Below are positions 28,080-37,593 of a stretch of DNA of 64,000 bases, piece by piece. This stretch comes from Minisyncoccota bacterium (GTDB lineage: Bacteria > Patescibacteriota > Minisyncoccia > UBA6257 > 1-14-0-10-44-23). Each line of letters starts with the position of its first letter. Position 1 is the stretch's first letter. Made by a program: the position numbers and the translations under genes. The stretch lies in contig JAWKSL010000001.1 in NCBI GenBank assembly GCA_041389085.1, positions 228,542-292,541 on the forward strand, written 5' to 3'. The notes under the pieces are model-generated. The model made no database searches. It saw only the letters and a program-made list of their open reading frames with translations, and was not told the DNA's origin.

Positions 28080-29536
28080 GAGAATATTTTGCTATCGATA
28101 TAGTCGTCTGCCTGGTTGTATGAAGCTTGAGCTTCCATCTTTTTGCTTTGTACGAGTGGTGGAGTTGCAAGTGAGCCTATTTCTACCTGAAGGCGAACAA
28201 TCTCTCTCCATGCACTTGCCCCTTCGTCGGTGCTTAGCTCTTCTATTTCTACTTTGTAGGCTTCAAGCGATTGAATGTCAGCGAGGATAGAAGCATCTTT
28301 TGCTGCAAGGATGGCGATGTTTGCCTGCACGGCTTCTCTTTCATCGTCTACATCGCAAATGCTTTGCTTACCATCAAGGTCGTCGTCGTAGTCTTCCCAA
28401 AGTGCTTTTTCTGCACGCACAATTTCAACCATCTCTTCGTAGAGGGCGATGCTTGCGTCTATGTTTGCTACCATGTCTTCTTTTGCATTCTCAAACGGCG
28501 CGCCAATACTTGTTTGGTAAGCTTGGCAGGCTGCGAGCGCGTCTGAGCTTAGACCTGAGCACGGATTTGCATTTGTATTTACAAAGTCTGCACCGCGGTT
28601 GTCGTTTCGGCTAAGGCCACGAAGCCCTTCTACTCCGGTGCGTACAAGACGGTTGAAGAGCGCGTTCGCTATAGCTCCCGCGTATTCTGAAAGTTGGTCT
28701 GCATTTACGATAAAGTCGAAGTCTATTCCTACTGCATCCTTCACGAGATCGCCCACCACTGATCCTGGGGTGGTAATTGTACACTTTACGTCTCCTGGTA
28801 TACCGTCTCCGTCTATGTCTGGGCCGGTGCCTCCTTCCTCTTGGCAACTTTTTGTTCCGATAAATCCATCTCCAGCTCGGGCGTCTTCAAGCGCGGTGAA
28901 CTGAGCGGCAGATATTCTTCTGTGCTTCTCTTCCTCTAATAGAATGTAGCTACCAAAGATATTGTTTTGCGGCTCCCATGCAGCTTGGTAAGCAACCCAA
29001 CTTCCGTTTTCAAAGTCGGCGTAGAAGTTTTCGATATTTCCAACTATGTCGTCGAGCGTACATCTTGCTTGGTTTTGGAAGCGAGACTCTGGTGCGAGTG
29101 CAATTCGTAGCTGCGCGCTAAATGGGCTGCAGAGAAAGCCGAGCCCTATTTCTTGCGCCAAATCTCCCACTGCTTGGCTAGCGATGTCGTCAAGAAATGC
29201 GCTCCAGTCGGTTACGAAGCGTGGTTCGTCTCCTCCGTTTATCCATTGAATAATGTCGTCTACCATCATGTCTAAAAGACGCTTTTTGAGCGTCTCGAGG
29301 ATAAATGACTGAGCCCATTCAAAGCTTTGTTGAGTCGTTTCTGCCGTTGTCGCTGCTGCGATTGTTGCGATACTTCCGTCTATTGATGGAAGGCTACTGA
29401 TAAAGTCGAGGTGTCCGCCTACTACGTGTACGGTGAGCGCTTGGGCCTTTTGTGGCTTGAGAGTGAGAGAAAGTGGCGCAAGCGTAGCTACTACGAGAAG
29501 AGTGGCAGTAAGTTTTTTAAGTGTTTCAAAATTCAT
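28073..29536 (-). CDS. secreted hypothetical protein (T4SS-cluster associated)
   Basis: Signal peptide MNFETLKKLTATLLVVATLAPLS; no recognisable domain. Confidence 0.35.
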   Translation of the reverse strand: MNFETLKKLTATLLVVATLAPLSLTLKPQKAQALTVHVVGGHLDFISSLPSIDGSIATIAAATTAETTQQSFEWAQSFILETLKKRLLDMMVDDIIQWINGGDEPRFVTDWSAFLDDIASQAVGDLAQEIGLGFLCSPFSAQLRIALAPESRFQNQARCTLDDIVGNIENFYADFENGSWVAYQAAWEPQNNIFGSYILLEEEKHRRISAAQFTALEDARAGDGFIGTKSCQEEGGTGPDIDGDGIPGDVKCTITTPGSVVGDLVKDAVGIDFDFIVNADQLSEYAGAIANALFNRLVRTGVEGLRGLSRNDNRGADFVNTNANPCSGLSSDALAACQAYQTSIGAPFENAKEDMVANIDASIALYEEMVEIVRAEKALWEDYDDDLDGKQSICDVDDEREAVQANIAILAAKDASILADIQSLEAYKVEIEELSTDEGASAWREIVRLQVEIGSLATPPLVQSKKMEAQASYNQADDYIDSKIFSC

Positions 29537-30309
29537 TAGAATGTGATGCCGTTGTCCTCGATGTATTTATTCATTTGGTTTGAAAGTGTGATGAACTCAT
29601 CGTCTACCGAGTCTGCAAAATCGAGTGCGAGGAGTGCCTGAAGCGGATCGGTCTGATAGTTTGCGAGGAGCGCATATATGTTTCGCTGCGTAAGAAAGAG
29701 CTCTATAAGGTTTGCGTGAAACCCTGAGATAACGCGCGGAACAGGGAGTGCGTATAAATCGGCGATAATTTTTTCGTAGGTGCTTACAAACACTGGGAAG
29801 TTTGTCGCTTCGGGTTTTTCATAGTTTATAGACAGCCCTTTAAGGTTTTTCTTTATTAGGCTGTTCATTTCTTCAAAGTAGTCGGCTTGCGCCTCCTTGT
29901 CTGAAGTAGAGGTAAAAACTATTTGACCCTCATCTACCTTCCCGCGTAGCGCACTTGCATCAAATTCTTCAATAGCTTTTTGAAGAGTGGTTGCTACAAG
30001 CTGGTCTGGGTCTATCGCTGCGATCTGTGCGCCGCTCTCAGTCTGGAGTGGTCCGTCTGGGTTTTTGTCGACAAGATCTTTCGCAAGTGCCTTGCTTATC
30101 TCTTGTGTTAAGTTCCCATCAGTCGGACTCTTTACTGAGTTGAGGCTTTCAACGGTAGAAAAGCTTGGGACTTTTACTATTTCAGTCTCAATTATTTCTT
30201 TGTCGCCAAAGGCCCATACTGTTGCGGCAAACACAAGACACAAAGCAATCAAGGCGGTAAGAGTTGCCTTTAAAATTCGCTTTGCTGATACCTGGTTAGT
30301 CTGCAACAT
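29536..30309 (-). CDS. membrane-anchored hypothetical protein (T4SS-cluster associated)
   Basis: N-terminal TM helix; its start overlaps the stop of the next ORF. Confidence 0.3.
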   Translation of the reverse strand: MLQTNQVSAKRILKATLTALIALCLVFAATVWAFGDKEIIETEIVKVPSFSTVESLNSVKSPTDGNLTQEISKALAKDLVDKNPDGPLQTESGAQIAAIDPDQLVATTLQKAIEEFDASALRGKVDEGQIVFTSTSDKEAQADYFEEMNSLIKKNLKGLSINYEKPEATNFPVFVSTYEKIIADLYALPVPRVISGFHANLIELFLTQRNIYALLANYQTDPLQALLALDFADSVDDEFITLSNQMNKYIEDNGITF

Positions 30310-30377
30310 GAAAAGACGCGAAGACAGGACGCCTCCACTGCTTTATTTTAGCACCGATTATGCGTAAAAATGCTGCT

Positions 30378-31163
30378 TTATTTGTTCACAAGCTTAAGCT
30401 TTTTTGAAAGCTCGTATAGTTGCTCTACCGTAAGCTCTGAAGCGCGAACATTTTCTTCAAATTTGAGAGCTTTTAGGGCTTTGGCCGCATCCTGTTTTTC
30501 TACTCCTGCCTGGTTTAGGTTGTTGAGTAGTGTTTTGCGTGGCTGCTTGAATGAAGCTTTGAGAAAATCGAAGTAGCTTTGGTCTACTTCGGGCATTTTT
30601 TCTTTCTTTGTGAGCTTAATAACGGCAGATTTTACCTTTGGGGCTGGGTCGAAGTCGTTCTCGCTCAGATTCATCACGATTTCAGTGTCTGCCCATACCT
30701 GCACCGATGCAGCTATAAGGCTGAGCTTCTTTTTGTTGCATATTCTTTGAGCAACTTCTTTTTGAAGCATTAAAACTGCGGTTTCTGGCTTGTTTTGAAG
30801 GTCGGTGATGGTGCGCAAAATTTTTCCGCTGATGTAGTAGGGCAGGTTTCCTACAATGTGGTAGCGCTTTGGGCTTTTTTCTTCCATGAGCTTTGGGAGC
30901 TCTTTGAGCAAGTCTTTGTCGCGCACTTCAAAGCTACTCTCCTTTTTTTGAATGCTTTGGTAGAGCTTAAGGGCGAGGTTTCTGTCTTTTTCTATCGCTA
31001 CAAGCGTAGCGCCTGCTTTTTTGCACTCCTCAAGCAGAGGGTACGTAAGAGCTCCGGTGCCGGGCCCAAGCTCTACAACAAGGTCCCCCGCTTCTAGCTT
31101 TGGGGTAGATATAATGCGGGCTATAGCGTCTATGTTTATTAGAAAGTGTTGGCCTAAATACAC
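30378..31163 (-). CDS. rsmA: 16S rRNA (adenine1518/1519-N6)-dimethyltransferase
   Basis: FLINIDAIARI...GPGTGALT SAM-binding motif. Confidence 0.85.
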   Translation of the reverse strand: MYLGQHFLINIDAIARIISTPKLEAGDLVVELGPGTGALTYPLLEECKKAGATLVAIEKDRNLALKLYQSIQKKESSFEVRDKDLLKELPKLMEEKSPKRYHIVGNLPYYISGKILRTITDLQNKPETAVLMLQKEVAQRICNKKKLSLIAASVQVWADTEIVMNLSENDFDPAPKVKSAVIKLTKKEKMPEVDQSYFDFLKASFKQPRKTLLNNLNQAGVEKQDAAKALKALKFEENVRASELTVEQLYELSKKLKLVNK

Positions 31164-31243
31164 AAGAGTTTAGAGATAAGAGTTACGACGTAAGAATAGC
31201 TCATAACGAAGCCTAAAGGCAAAACTTTGCGTTGCTCTAGAGT

Positions 31244-31265
31244 TAACTCTAGAGCTTAATATAGA
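31244..31265. repeat. perfect 22-bp palindrome gctctagagttaactctagagc (cassette B 5' element)
   Basis: Homologous to 1954-1987, including upstream context (aaggcaaa...ttgctctagag). Confidence 0.6.
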
Positions 31266-31300
31266 GCAGTAGTGCGCGAAGAGTTATTTCTTGACAATAA

Positions 31301-31329
31301 GGCTAATTTATTTTATTCTCTTGGCAGAG
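31301..31329 (+). promoter_or_regulatory. sigma70-like promoter of cassette B
   Basis: TTGACA, 17-nt spacer, tattct. Confidence 0.45.
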
Positions 31330-31356
31330 CGATGGTGCTCTTGAGGAGGTGTTGGG

Positions 31357-31605
31357 ATGTTCCGATCCACCACCTATTTGCTTCTCCTCGGCTTCTCTCT
31401 TGTTGGAGGGGCTGCGGTCATGACAGCTCTTCTGATGGTCAGCCTTGCGCTGACCGCGCACCTGCCGCCATGGCTTGAACTCGCGGCTCGCCTCGCGCTG
31501 GTTTTCTCAGTGCTGCGCTGGGCAGGCCCGGCCCTCGGGAGGCTTCTCATTCCGATGTTCCGAGCTTACATTTCAGCTCGGAACGCCAACCCTAGCGACT
31601 TGTAG
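31357..31605 (+). CDS. small (82 aa) membrane protein, GC-rich (cassette B), weak paralog of 2084-2317
   Basis: SD gaggagg; hydrophobic; shares an AHxPPWL motif with the cassette A protein. Confidence 0.5.
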   Translation: MFRSTTYLLLLGFSLVGGAAVMTALLMVSLALTAHLPPWLELAARLALVFSVLRWAGPALGRLLIPMFRAYISARNANPSDL

Positions 31606-31626
31606 TCGCTGGGGTTCAACTTTTCT
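31590..31626 (+). terminator. conserved terminator hairpin (~90% identical to 2331-2368)
   Basis: ccctagcgacttgtagtcgctgggg followed by ttcaactttt. Confidence 0.7.
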
Positions 31627-31680
31627 ATAATCTGATGGCAAAAAACACCCGAATTAATTCATAATTAATTCGGGTGTTTT

Positions 31681-33501
31681 TTATTCTATGTACATGTCGT
31701 CTTCGTCGGGTAGCCAGCCGCTGCCTCCATCTGCTGAGAGTACGTCGCAGTTTTCTTGCGGTATTTCGTAGAGGAAACGCGAAGGGTAGGAAAAGTACGA
31801 TATGTAGAGCTTTTTGCGTGCCCGCGTCATAGCTACGTACATAAGGCGCCTCTCTTCTTCTACCCCGTCCATTTCTTGGTAAGCCTTTTGGTGGGGCATG
31901 TTTCCGTCGTTTACTCCTACGATAAATACGGTGTCGAACTCAAGCCCTTTAGCTATGTGTACGGTCATAAGCTTTAGCTCAGACATCTTTTGCCCTTGCG
32001 GGTGCTTTGTTTGGTCGTCGTTTGCCTGCAAAAGGAGCACTTGGTCTAAAAATTCTCCCAAACTTTCAAAGCTGCTGGCGAAGTTTACTAACTCGGCTAT
32101 GTTTTCGATGCGCTCGTGCGCATTTTGCATCTTTTGCGCGAGGTATTCTGGGTATTCTGTGCTGGTGAGGAATATGTTTATTAGCTCAACTGCCGAGGTT
32201 GTTTGCACTTCCTTCATCGCAAGGACGTAAGCTGCCGTGCGTCTTTTGCCAAGGCTTTTTTCAAGGCGCTCAATCGATGCGGTATCTTTTTCATTGTGCG
32301 CAACGGTGAGCGCTGCGACTATATCTTTTATTTCTTTTCGGTCGTAAAAGCGAAGCCCTCCGTATATCTTATATGATATATGAAAGCTTAAAAGTGCTTG
32401 CTCGATAGAGCGGCTTTGCGCGTTGGTTCGATAGAGTATTGCAATGCTTTGGCTTGGGTCTTTTCTTCGCAACGACTGTATTTCGCTCGCTAGCCACAAC
32501 GCTTCCTCTTCTGCGCTGCTGCTTTGCACAAGAGTTATTGGCTGGCCTTCTTCGTTGTCTGTCCAAAGTTCTTTCTTTGCCTGCGTCTTATTGTTTTTTA
32601 TTAGTGCGTTTGCACTTTCAATTATTTTCTTTGTACTTCGGTATGATTGCTCAAGCTTTACTACTTTTGCGCTTGGCCAGTCGCGCTGAAAGTTGAGAAA
32701 GTTTCTAAAGTTTGCACCGCGAAAGCCATATATAGCTTGCTGATCGTCGCCTACTACGTTTACGTTTTTGTGTTTGTGCCCCAGAAGACGAATGAGTTGG
32801 TACTGCGCGTTGTTTATGTCTTGATACTCGTCTACCAAAATGTAGTCGAACATATCTTGGTATTTTTGTAGTACATTTTTGTGTGCAAGAAAAAGTTGCA
32901 CTGGTTTTTGAATGAGATCGTCGAAGTCGAGCGCATTATTTTCTTGGAGTTGTCTTTCGTACTCTGCGTAGACTTTGTAGATAAGAACGTCGCGTTCATA
33001 TTCACTGTCGATGAGCTCAGTTTCGTCTCTTAATTCGTTTTTTATCTTTCCGATTGCGCTTAGAGCTTGCGGTGGGCTTAATCTCTCTTTTGATATATCG
33101 AAAGACTTTAAAATCTTCTTTACGATCGACGCACTTTTATCGTTGTCGTAGATAGAAAGGTTTGGTGTGCGCTGCAAAAGAGCTACTTCTTGTTTTAAAA
33201 TTCGTAGGCCAAAAGAGTGGAAGGTTCCGATAAAAGGAGCGCCATCGAGCGGAAGCCCTGGGGAAAGCTTCATTTTTGCGCTCCCAAATACGCGCTCGCG
33301 CATCTCGTCTGCTGCCTTGTTGGTAAAGGTTATAGCAACTATGCGCTGTGGAGGTACGTTGTGTGCTTCAATCAGGTGCTTTAGGCGGCTGGTAAGGGCT
33401 CTGGTTTTACCACTTCCTGCCCCTGCAGACATAAGAAGAGGGCCGCTTCCGTGTTGAACAGCCTCTTTTTGAGGCTCGTTTAGGTTTTCGAGGTGTTTCA
33501 T
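31681..33501 (-). CDS. pcrA: UvrD/PcrA-family DNA helicase
   Basis: GAGSGKT Walker A and helicase motifs (VDEYQD); 606 aa, short form. Confidence 0.85.
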   Translation of the reverse strand: MKHLENLNEPQKEAVQHGSGPLLMSAGAGSGKTRALTSRLKHLIEAHNVPPQRIVAITFTNKAADEMRERVFGSAKMKLSPGLPLDGAPFIGTFHSFGLRILKQEVALLQRTPNLSIYDNDKSASIVKKILKSFDISKERLSPPQALSAIGKIKNELRDETELIDSEYERDVLIYKVYAEYERQLQENNALDFDDLIQKPVQLFLAHKNVLQKYQDMFDYILVDEYQDINNAQYQLIRLLGHKHKNVNVVGDDQQAIYGFRGANFRNFLNFQRDWPSAKVVKLEQSYRSTKKIIESANALIKNNKTQAKKELWTDNEEGQPITLVQSSSAEEEALWLASEIQSLRRKDPSQSIAILYRTNAQSRSIEQALLSFHISYKIYGGLRFYDRKEIKDIVAALTVAHNEKDTASIERLEKSLGKRRTAAYVLAMKEVQTTSAVELINIFLTSTEYPEYLAQKMQNAHERIENIAELVNFASSFESLGEFLDQVLLLQANDDQTKHPQGQKMSELKLMTVHIAKGLEFDTVFIVGVNDGNMPHQKAYQEMDGVEEERRLMYVAMTRARKKLYISYFSYPSRFLYEIPQENCDVLSADGGSGWLPDEDDMYIE

Positions 33502-33664
33502 CTGGTTTGTAGAGATACGATTAAGGATAGCACGGCATTTTTGTGGGGATAAGTTGTGTGTAATAGGCCTAAAATGTGTCGCAAAATAGTGGTTGACAGG
33601 GGTTTTTATGCTGGTATATTTGGCATATTCGGGTCTACGATAGTCTTTTCTGAGAGGCCCTGAG

Positions 33665-34777
33665 ATGCATCAAAATGGACGGTTTTCCCTTCAGAATGAC
33701 GCATCAGAATCAAATTTGAACTCACACACTACAGGCCAAGGGAATGGCGACGACGCTCCCTATAGATGGCCTTCAAAACTTAAAAATCTCGTAAAATCCC
33801 CTCTTTTCGGGGTCGGGGCTCTTTTTGTAATTTTGGGTATCGTGTTTACTCCAAGCGCGAGTTCTCAGGTAAGTTTTAGCGAGCCTACTTATTCTTTCGA
33901 TGATGGGGCTCTTAGCCTTGTAGTCGCAAGCGATGTGCCAGACGGCGTTGTTTTGGCAAACGATCCTCTTGAAGTAGCAGGGTTTGTTATCCTTGAGGAG
34001 TCTGTAGCTCTTGGTAGCGATAGCCCTGTGTTTATGGAGGGGGCAGATGGGCAAAAGCTTACGCGCGACGAAGTTATAACCTACACCGTTGCTGAAGGCG
34101 ACACCCTTTCTACCATCGCTGAGCAGTTCGGTATTTCCCTTTCTACCGTGCTTTGGGCAAACGAAGGCGTTGATGCAAAGCGTGTGCGTATAGGGCAGAA
34201 GATCGTTATCTTGCCTGTTTCTGGCGTGCGCCACACTGTGAAGAGCGGCGACACTCTTTCTAAAATCGCTTACAACTACAAAGTTTCAGCTGCAAAGATT
34301 ATGGAGTTTAATGACCTTGATGACGACGTAGTGCGCATTGGTCAAGAACTTCTCATTCCTGGCGGAAAGAAAACTTCAACCGCTTCTTCTGGCTCTGTTT
34401 CAAACAACATGCCAAGCTACGCTGGCTACTATGCAAAGCCTGCAAGCGGATACAACTGGGGCTCTCTACACGGAAACAACGGAGTAGACATTGCAAACGC
34501 TTGTGGCGCTACCCCTATCTACTCAGCTGCAGCCGGAACTGTTAAGGACGCAAAGTTTGGATGGAACGGTGGATATGGAAACATGGTCAGCGTTTCACAC
34601 GACAACGGAACCTGGACTCTCTACGCACACCTTAGCGATATTTCAGTAAGCTCTGGACAGAGCGTTTCACAAGGAAGCCTTCTTGGATACATGGGTAACA
34701 CTGGAAAGGTTTCTGGTGCTACCGGATGCCACCTTCACTTCGAGGTGCGCGGTGCCGCAAACCCATTTGCACATTAG
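33665..34777 (+). CDS. LysM-LysM-M23 peptidoglycan endopeptidase
   Basis: Two LysM repeats (YTVAEGDTLSTIA and HTVKSGDTLSKIA) and an M23 HxH motif (GCHLHFEVRG). Confidence 0.8.
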   Translation: MHQNGRFSLQNDASESNLNSHTTGQGNGDDAPYRWPSKLKNLVKSPLFGVGALFVILGIVFTPSASSQVSFSEPTYSFDDGALSLVVASDVPDGVVLANDPLEVAGFVILEESVALGSDSPVFMEGADGQKLTRDEVITYTVAEGDTLSTIAEQFGISLSTVLWANEGVDAKRVRIGQKIVILPVSGVRHTVKSGDTLSKIAYNYKVSAAKIMEFNDLDDDVVRIGQELLIPGGKKTSTASSGSVSNNMPSYAGYYAKPASGYNWGSLHGNNGVDIANACGATPIYSAAAGTVKDAKFGWNGGYGNMVSVSHDNGTWTLYAHLSDISVSSGQSVSQGSLLGYMGNTGKVSGATGCHLHFEVRGAANPFAH

Positions 34778-35020
34778 CCTCCTCTCCTTCCTTAATTTTC
34801 TTAGTTTCCTAACTTTTCAGCTCTTTGTTTTTCTTTTCGAAAAATGCTCAATGATACACTTCGTAGTATCACCTGCGCTTTTTCGCCTTGAAAACAAAAA
34901 CTAAAAAGAGAAACCTAAATAACTAAGGAAGGAAGAGAAGGCTGGGGGGGCGCAGCGGCAGTTTCTCATAGCTGGCGCTTTTTGTTTTGGTTTGCTACCG
35001 TGGGCTTGAAGGAGGTTCAC

Positions 35021-35284
35021 ATGAACGCAGTCCCTGTGAGTTTGAAGTGGCTGAAGGTGCGCCTTGCGGTGCTTGAAACAGGCGAGCTTTTGGCCTGGTA
35101 CACCGGTCTGGTTGTGCTTGCCGCCGCATTCTTCCAAGCCATGATGTACGGCCTTTGGCCTTACTTCTACCTCTGGTTCGCTGCAGGGGCTCTGTGGTGG
35201 ATCGGGAAGGGGCTTGGGGCGCGCGCAGACGCTTTGCGTCACATTGTGCGCCCTGAGCTCAACGCAGGCGCCAGTCGAAGATGA
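35021..35284 (+). CDS. small (87 aa) membrane protein, GC-rich (cassette E)
   Basis: SD aaggagg sits 6 nt upstream of ATG (MNAVPV); W/L/A-rich TM helices. The stop codon lies inside the terminator hairpin. Confidence 0.45.
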   Translation: MNAVPVSLKWLKVRLAVLETGELLAWYTGLVVLAAAFFQAMMYGLWPYFYLWFAAGALWWIGKGLGARADALRHIVRPELNAGASRR

Positions 35285-35299
35285 CTGGCGCCTTTAATT
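35267..35299 (+). terminator. terminator ggcgccagtcgaagatgactggcgcc followed by tttaatt
   Basis: Perfect 10-bp stem. Confidence 0.55.
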
Positions 35300-35319
35300 A
35301 TTTGCTATACTTTCTATGT

Positions 35320-35664
35320 ATGGCATTAACACAAGAACAAATAGAGAAAGCGAAGGCTCGCCTCGAGGAGTTGCGCGCTGAGCTCGAAAAAGACATAGAC
35401 TACCTTGAGTCTCCGGTAGACTATGGCGACGACATTGATAGTGGAGATGAGGAGGCTGATGAAGCAGAAGAGTTTTCTGCAAACGCTGGGCAAGCTCTCG
35501 ATGTGCACGCACGGCACGAAGCAGTAGTAACTGCGCTTTCAAAAATTGATCGCGGTGTGTACGGCACGTGCGAAGAATGCAGTGGGCAGATAGAAGAAGA
35601 AGTGCTGCTTGTAAACCCAGAAGCTCGATACTGCAAAAAAGACATTGCTAAAAAGAATTCTTAA
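35320..35664 (+). CDS. DksA/TraR-family C4 zinc-finger protein
   Basis: CEECSGQIEEEVLLVNPEARYC four-cysteine finger after a coiled-coil region. Confidence 0.6.
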   Translation: MALTQEQIEKAKARLEELRAELEKDIDYLESPVDYGDDIDSGDEEADEAEEFSANAGQALDVHARHEAVVTALSKIDRGVYGTCEECSGQIEEEVLLVNPEARYCKKDIAKKNS

Positions 35665-35666
35665 CG

Positions 35667-37217
35667 ATGAGTGGGCGCGTAGCAAAGCTGTATTCTGCTG
35701 AGCTTGAGGGAATACAGGCGCGTCTTGTTGAAGTGGAGGCCGACGTAAGTGTTGGCCTCCATTCGTTTTCTATCGTTGGCTTGGCCGACAAGGCCTTAAA
35801 CGAGGCTAAGGAGCGCGTAAATGCAGCTCTGAAACACGCTGGAGTAAATCCGCCTAGTAAAGAAAACAGGCGGATTGTTGTAAACTTGGCGCCGGCTGAT
35901 TTAAAAAAGACTGGTACACACTACGATTTAGCTATCGCTATCGCCTACTTGGCGGCGACAAATCAGATAAAGGATTTTGATTTTTCTAAAACACTTTTCT
36001 TAGGCGAGCTTTCTCTTTCTGGTGAACTTAGGCCGGTGTCGGGAGTTTTGAGCATTGCTTCTTTTGCTAAGAGAAGGAAAATGAAGCGCATTATACTTCC
36101 CTATTCAAACGCACGCGAAGCTGCGCTTATCGACGGTGTCGATATCATTCCGGTAAAGACACTTACTGAGCTCATTGGCTTCCTAGAAGGGAAGCTGGCG
36201 ATAACGCCGCAGGAAAAAACCACTATTTCTACCGATTTTGAAAGCAGGAGCGAGGTAGACTTTGCCGATGTGTATGGGCACGAGGCGGTAAAGCGCGCTC
36301 TTTTAATAGCAGCTACTGGTGGGCACAACGTACTTTTGAGCGGGCCTCCAGGCACAGGGAAGACTATGCTTGCTCGTGCTTTTTCTACCATACTGCCTGA
36401 GCTTTTGGAGCAGGAAGTTTTAGAGCTTACAGAAATTTATAGTAGTGCTGGGCTTTTGGGCGAGTTTGGCTACGTAGCTTCCAGGCCTTTTCGCAGCCCA
36501 CACCAAAGTGCCTCCGCTGTAGCTCTTATGGGCGGTGGGCAAATGCCAAAGCCTGGGGAGATAAGCTTGGCGCACAAGGGAGTTTTGTTTCTAGATGAAG
36601 TTGCTGAGTTTCGAAAAGATGTGCTTGAAAGCTTGCGCCAGCCTATCGAGAGCGGGCGCGCGATTATTAGTAGAGCGCGCGCACGGTTGGAGTTTCCAGC
36701 AAACTTTGTACTTGTGCTTGCTATGAATCCTTGCCCATGTGGGTTCTATCAAGATGAGGAGCGCGCATGCAAATGTAGTGCGCACGAAGTTTTGCGCTAT
36801 CAGAAAAAGCTTTCAGGTCCCCTACTCGACAGAGTCGACATACAGGTAGAAGTGCCGCGCATTTCCATTGAAGAACTTTCTGCGCGCAATGCAAAAGAAG
36901 GCAGCGCAAGTAGTTCTATTCTTCGCGCACAAGTGAAAAAGGCGCGCGCGTTTTCACACGAGCGCATGGAGGAGTTTGGCGTTGAGAAAAAACAAAACAG
37001 TGATTTGCAAAATAAAGAGCTTGAAAATATAGCTCAGCTCGATGAGGATGCACACAACTTTGTGCAGAGAGTTTTTGATAAGAGCCTGGTGAGTCCGCGC
37101 GGATATTATCGAATTTTGAAAGTAGCGCGCTCTATCGCCGACCTAGAAGGAAGCGATACGGTGAAGCGTTCACACATTTCCGAGGCATTTGGATACAGAG
37201 TGAGGCAGGCTGACTAA
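35667..37217 (+). CDS. yifB: YifB/ComM-family Mg-chelatase-like AAA+ ATPase
   Basis: LLSGPPGTGKTMLA Walker A and a C-terminal ChlI-like domain. Confidence 0.85.
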   Translation: MSGRVAKLYSAELEGIQARLVEVEADVSVGLHSFSIVGLADKALNEAKERVNAALKHAGVNPPSKENRRIVVNLAPADLKKTGTHYDLAIAIAYLAATNQIKDFDFSKTLFLGELSLSGELRPVSGVLSIASFAKRRKMKRIILPYSNAREAALIDGVDIIPVKTLTELIGFLEGKLAITPQEKTTISTDFESRSEVDFADVYGHEAVKRALLIAATGGHNVLLSGPPGTGKTMLARAFSTILPELLEQEVLELTEIYSSAGLLGEFGYVASRPFRSPHQSASAVALMGGGQMPKPGEISLAHKGVLFLDEVAEFRKDVLESLRQPIESGRAIISRARARLEFPANFVLVLAMNPCPCGFYQDEERACKCSAHEVLRYQKKLSGPLLDRVDIQVEVPRISIEELSARNAKEGSASSSILRAQVKKARAFSHERMEEFGVEKKQNSDLQNKELENIAQLDEDAHNFVQRVFDKSLVSPRGYYRILKVARSIADLEGSDTVKRSHISEAFGYRVRQAD

Positions 37218-37525
37218 TTTTGTACCTCAAGAGTTGCTTCTGGCCCTGTTGATCCTTGGCCGAATTTGAAAAAGAGAAATGCGCCGGCAGCTCCGGCAAC
37301 GACTACGAGAAGAGAGATGAGAATTATGAGCTTTTTCGAGCTCTTTTTTTGTGGCTTTGGTGTACCAACAGTTGCAACTTGTGGAGCGCTTACCCTTTGC
37401 GGTTGTACAAGCTGTGGTTCTGGTACTGCAAGGCCGCGTGCAACGCTTTGGGCGTCGCTACTAAGTGTGCGCAGAGAAACTTCTGGTACTGGCGGTGGGC
37501 CTACTTGCTGTGTTTCATTTGGCAT
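37214..37525 (-). CDS. proline-rich protein with C-terminal TM anchor, hypothetical
   Basis: ORF plus a C-terminal hydrophobic helix. Confidence 0.3.
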   Translation of the reverse strand: MPNETQQVGPPPVPEVSLRTLSSDAQSVARGLAVPEPQLVQPQRVSAPQVATVGTPKPQKKSSKKLIILISLLVVVAGAAGAFLFFKFGQGSTGPEATLEVQN

Positions 37526-37593
37526 GTTGGTTGTAGTATAGCAAAAAAAGAATACCGCCGGGCCCTGGGTGGGCACGGCGGTAAGCTGGTGGT

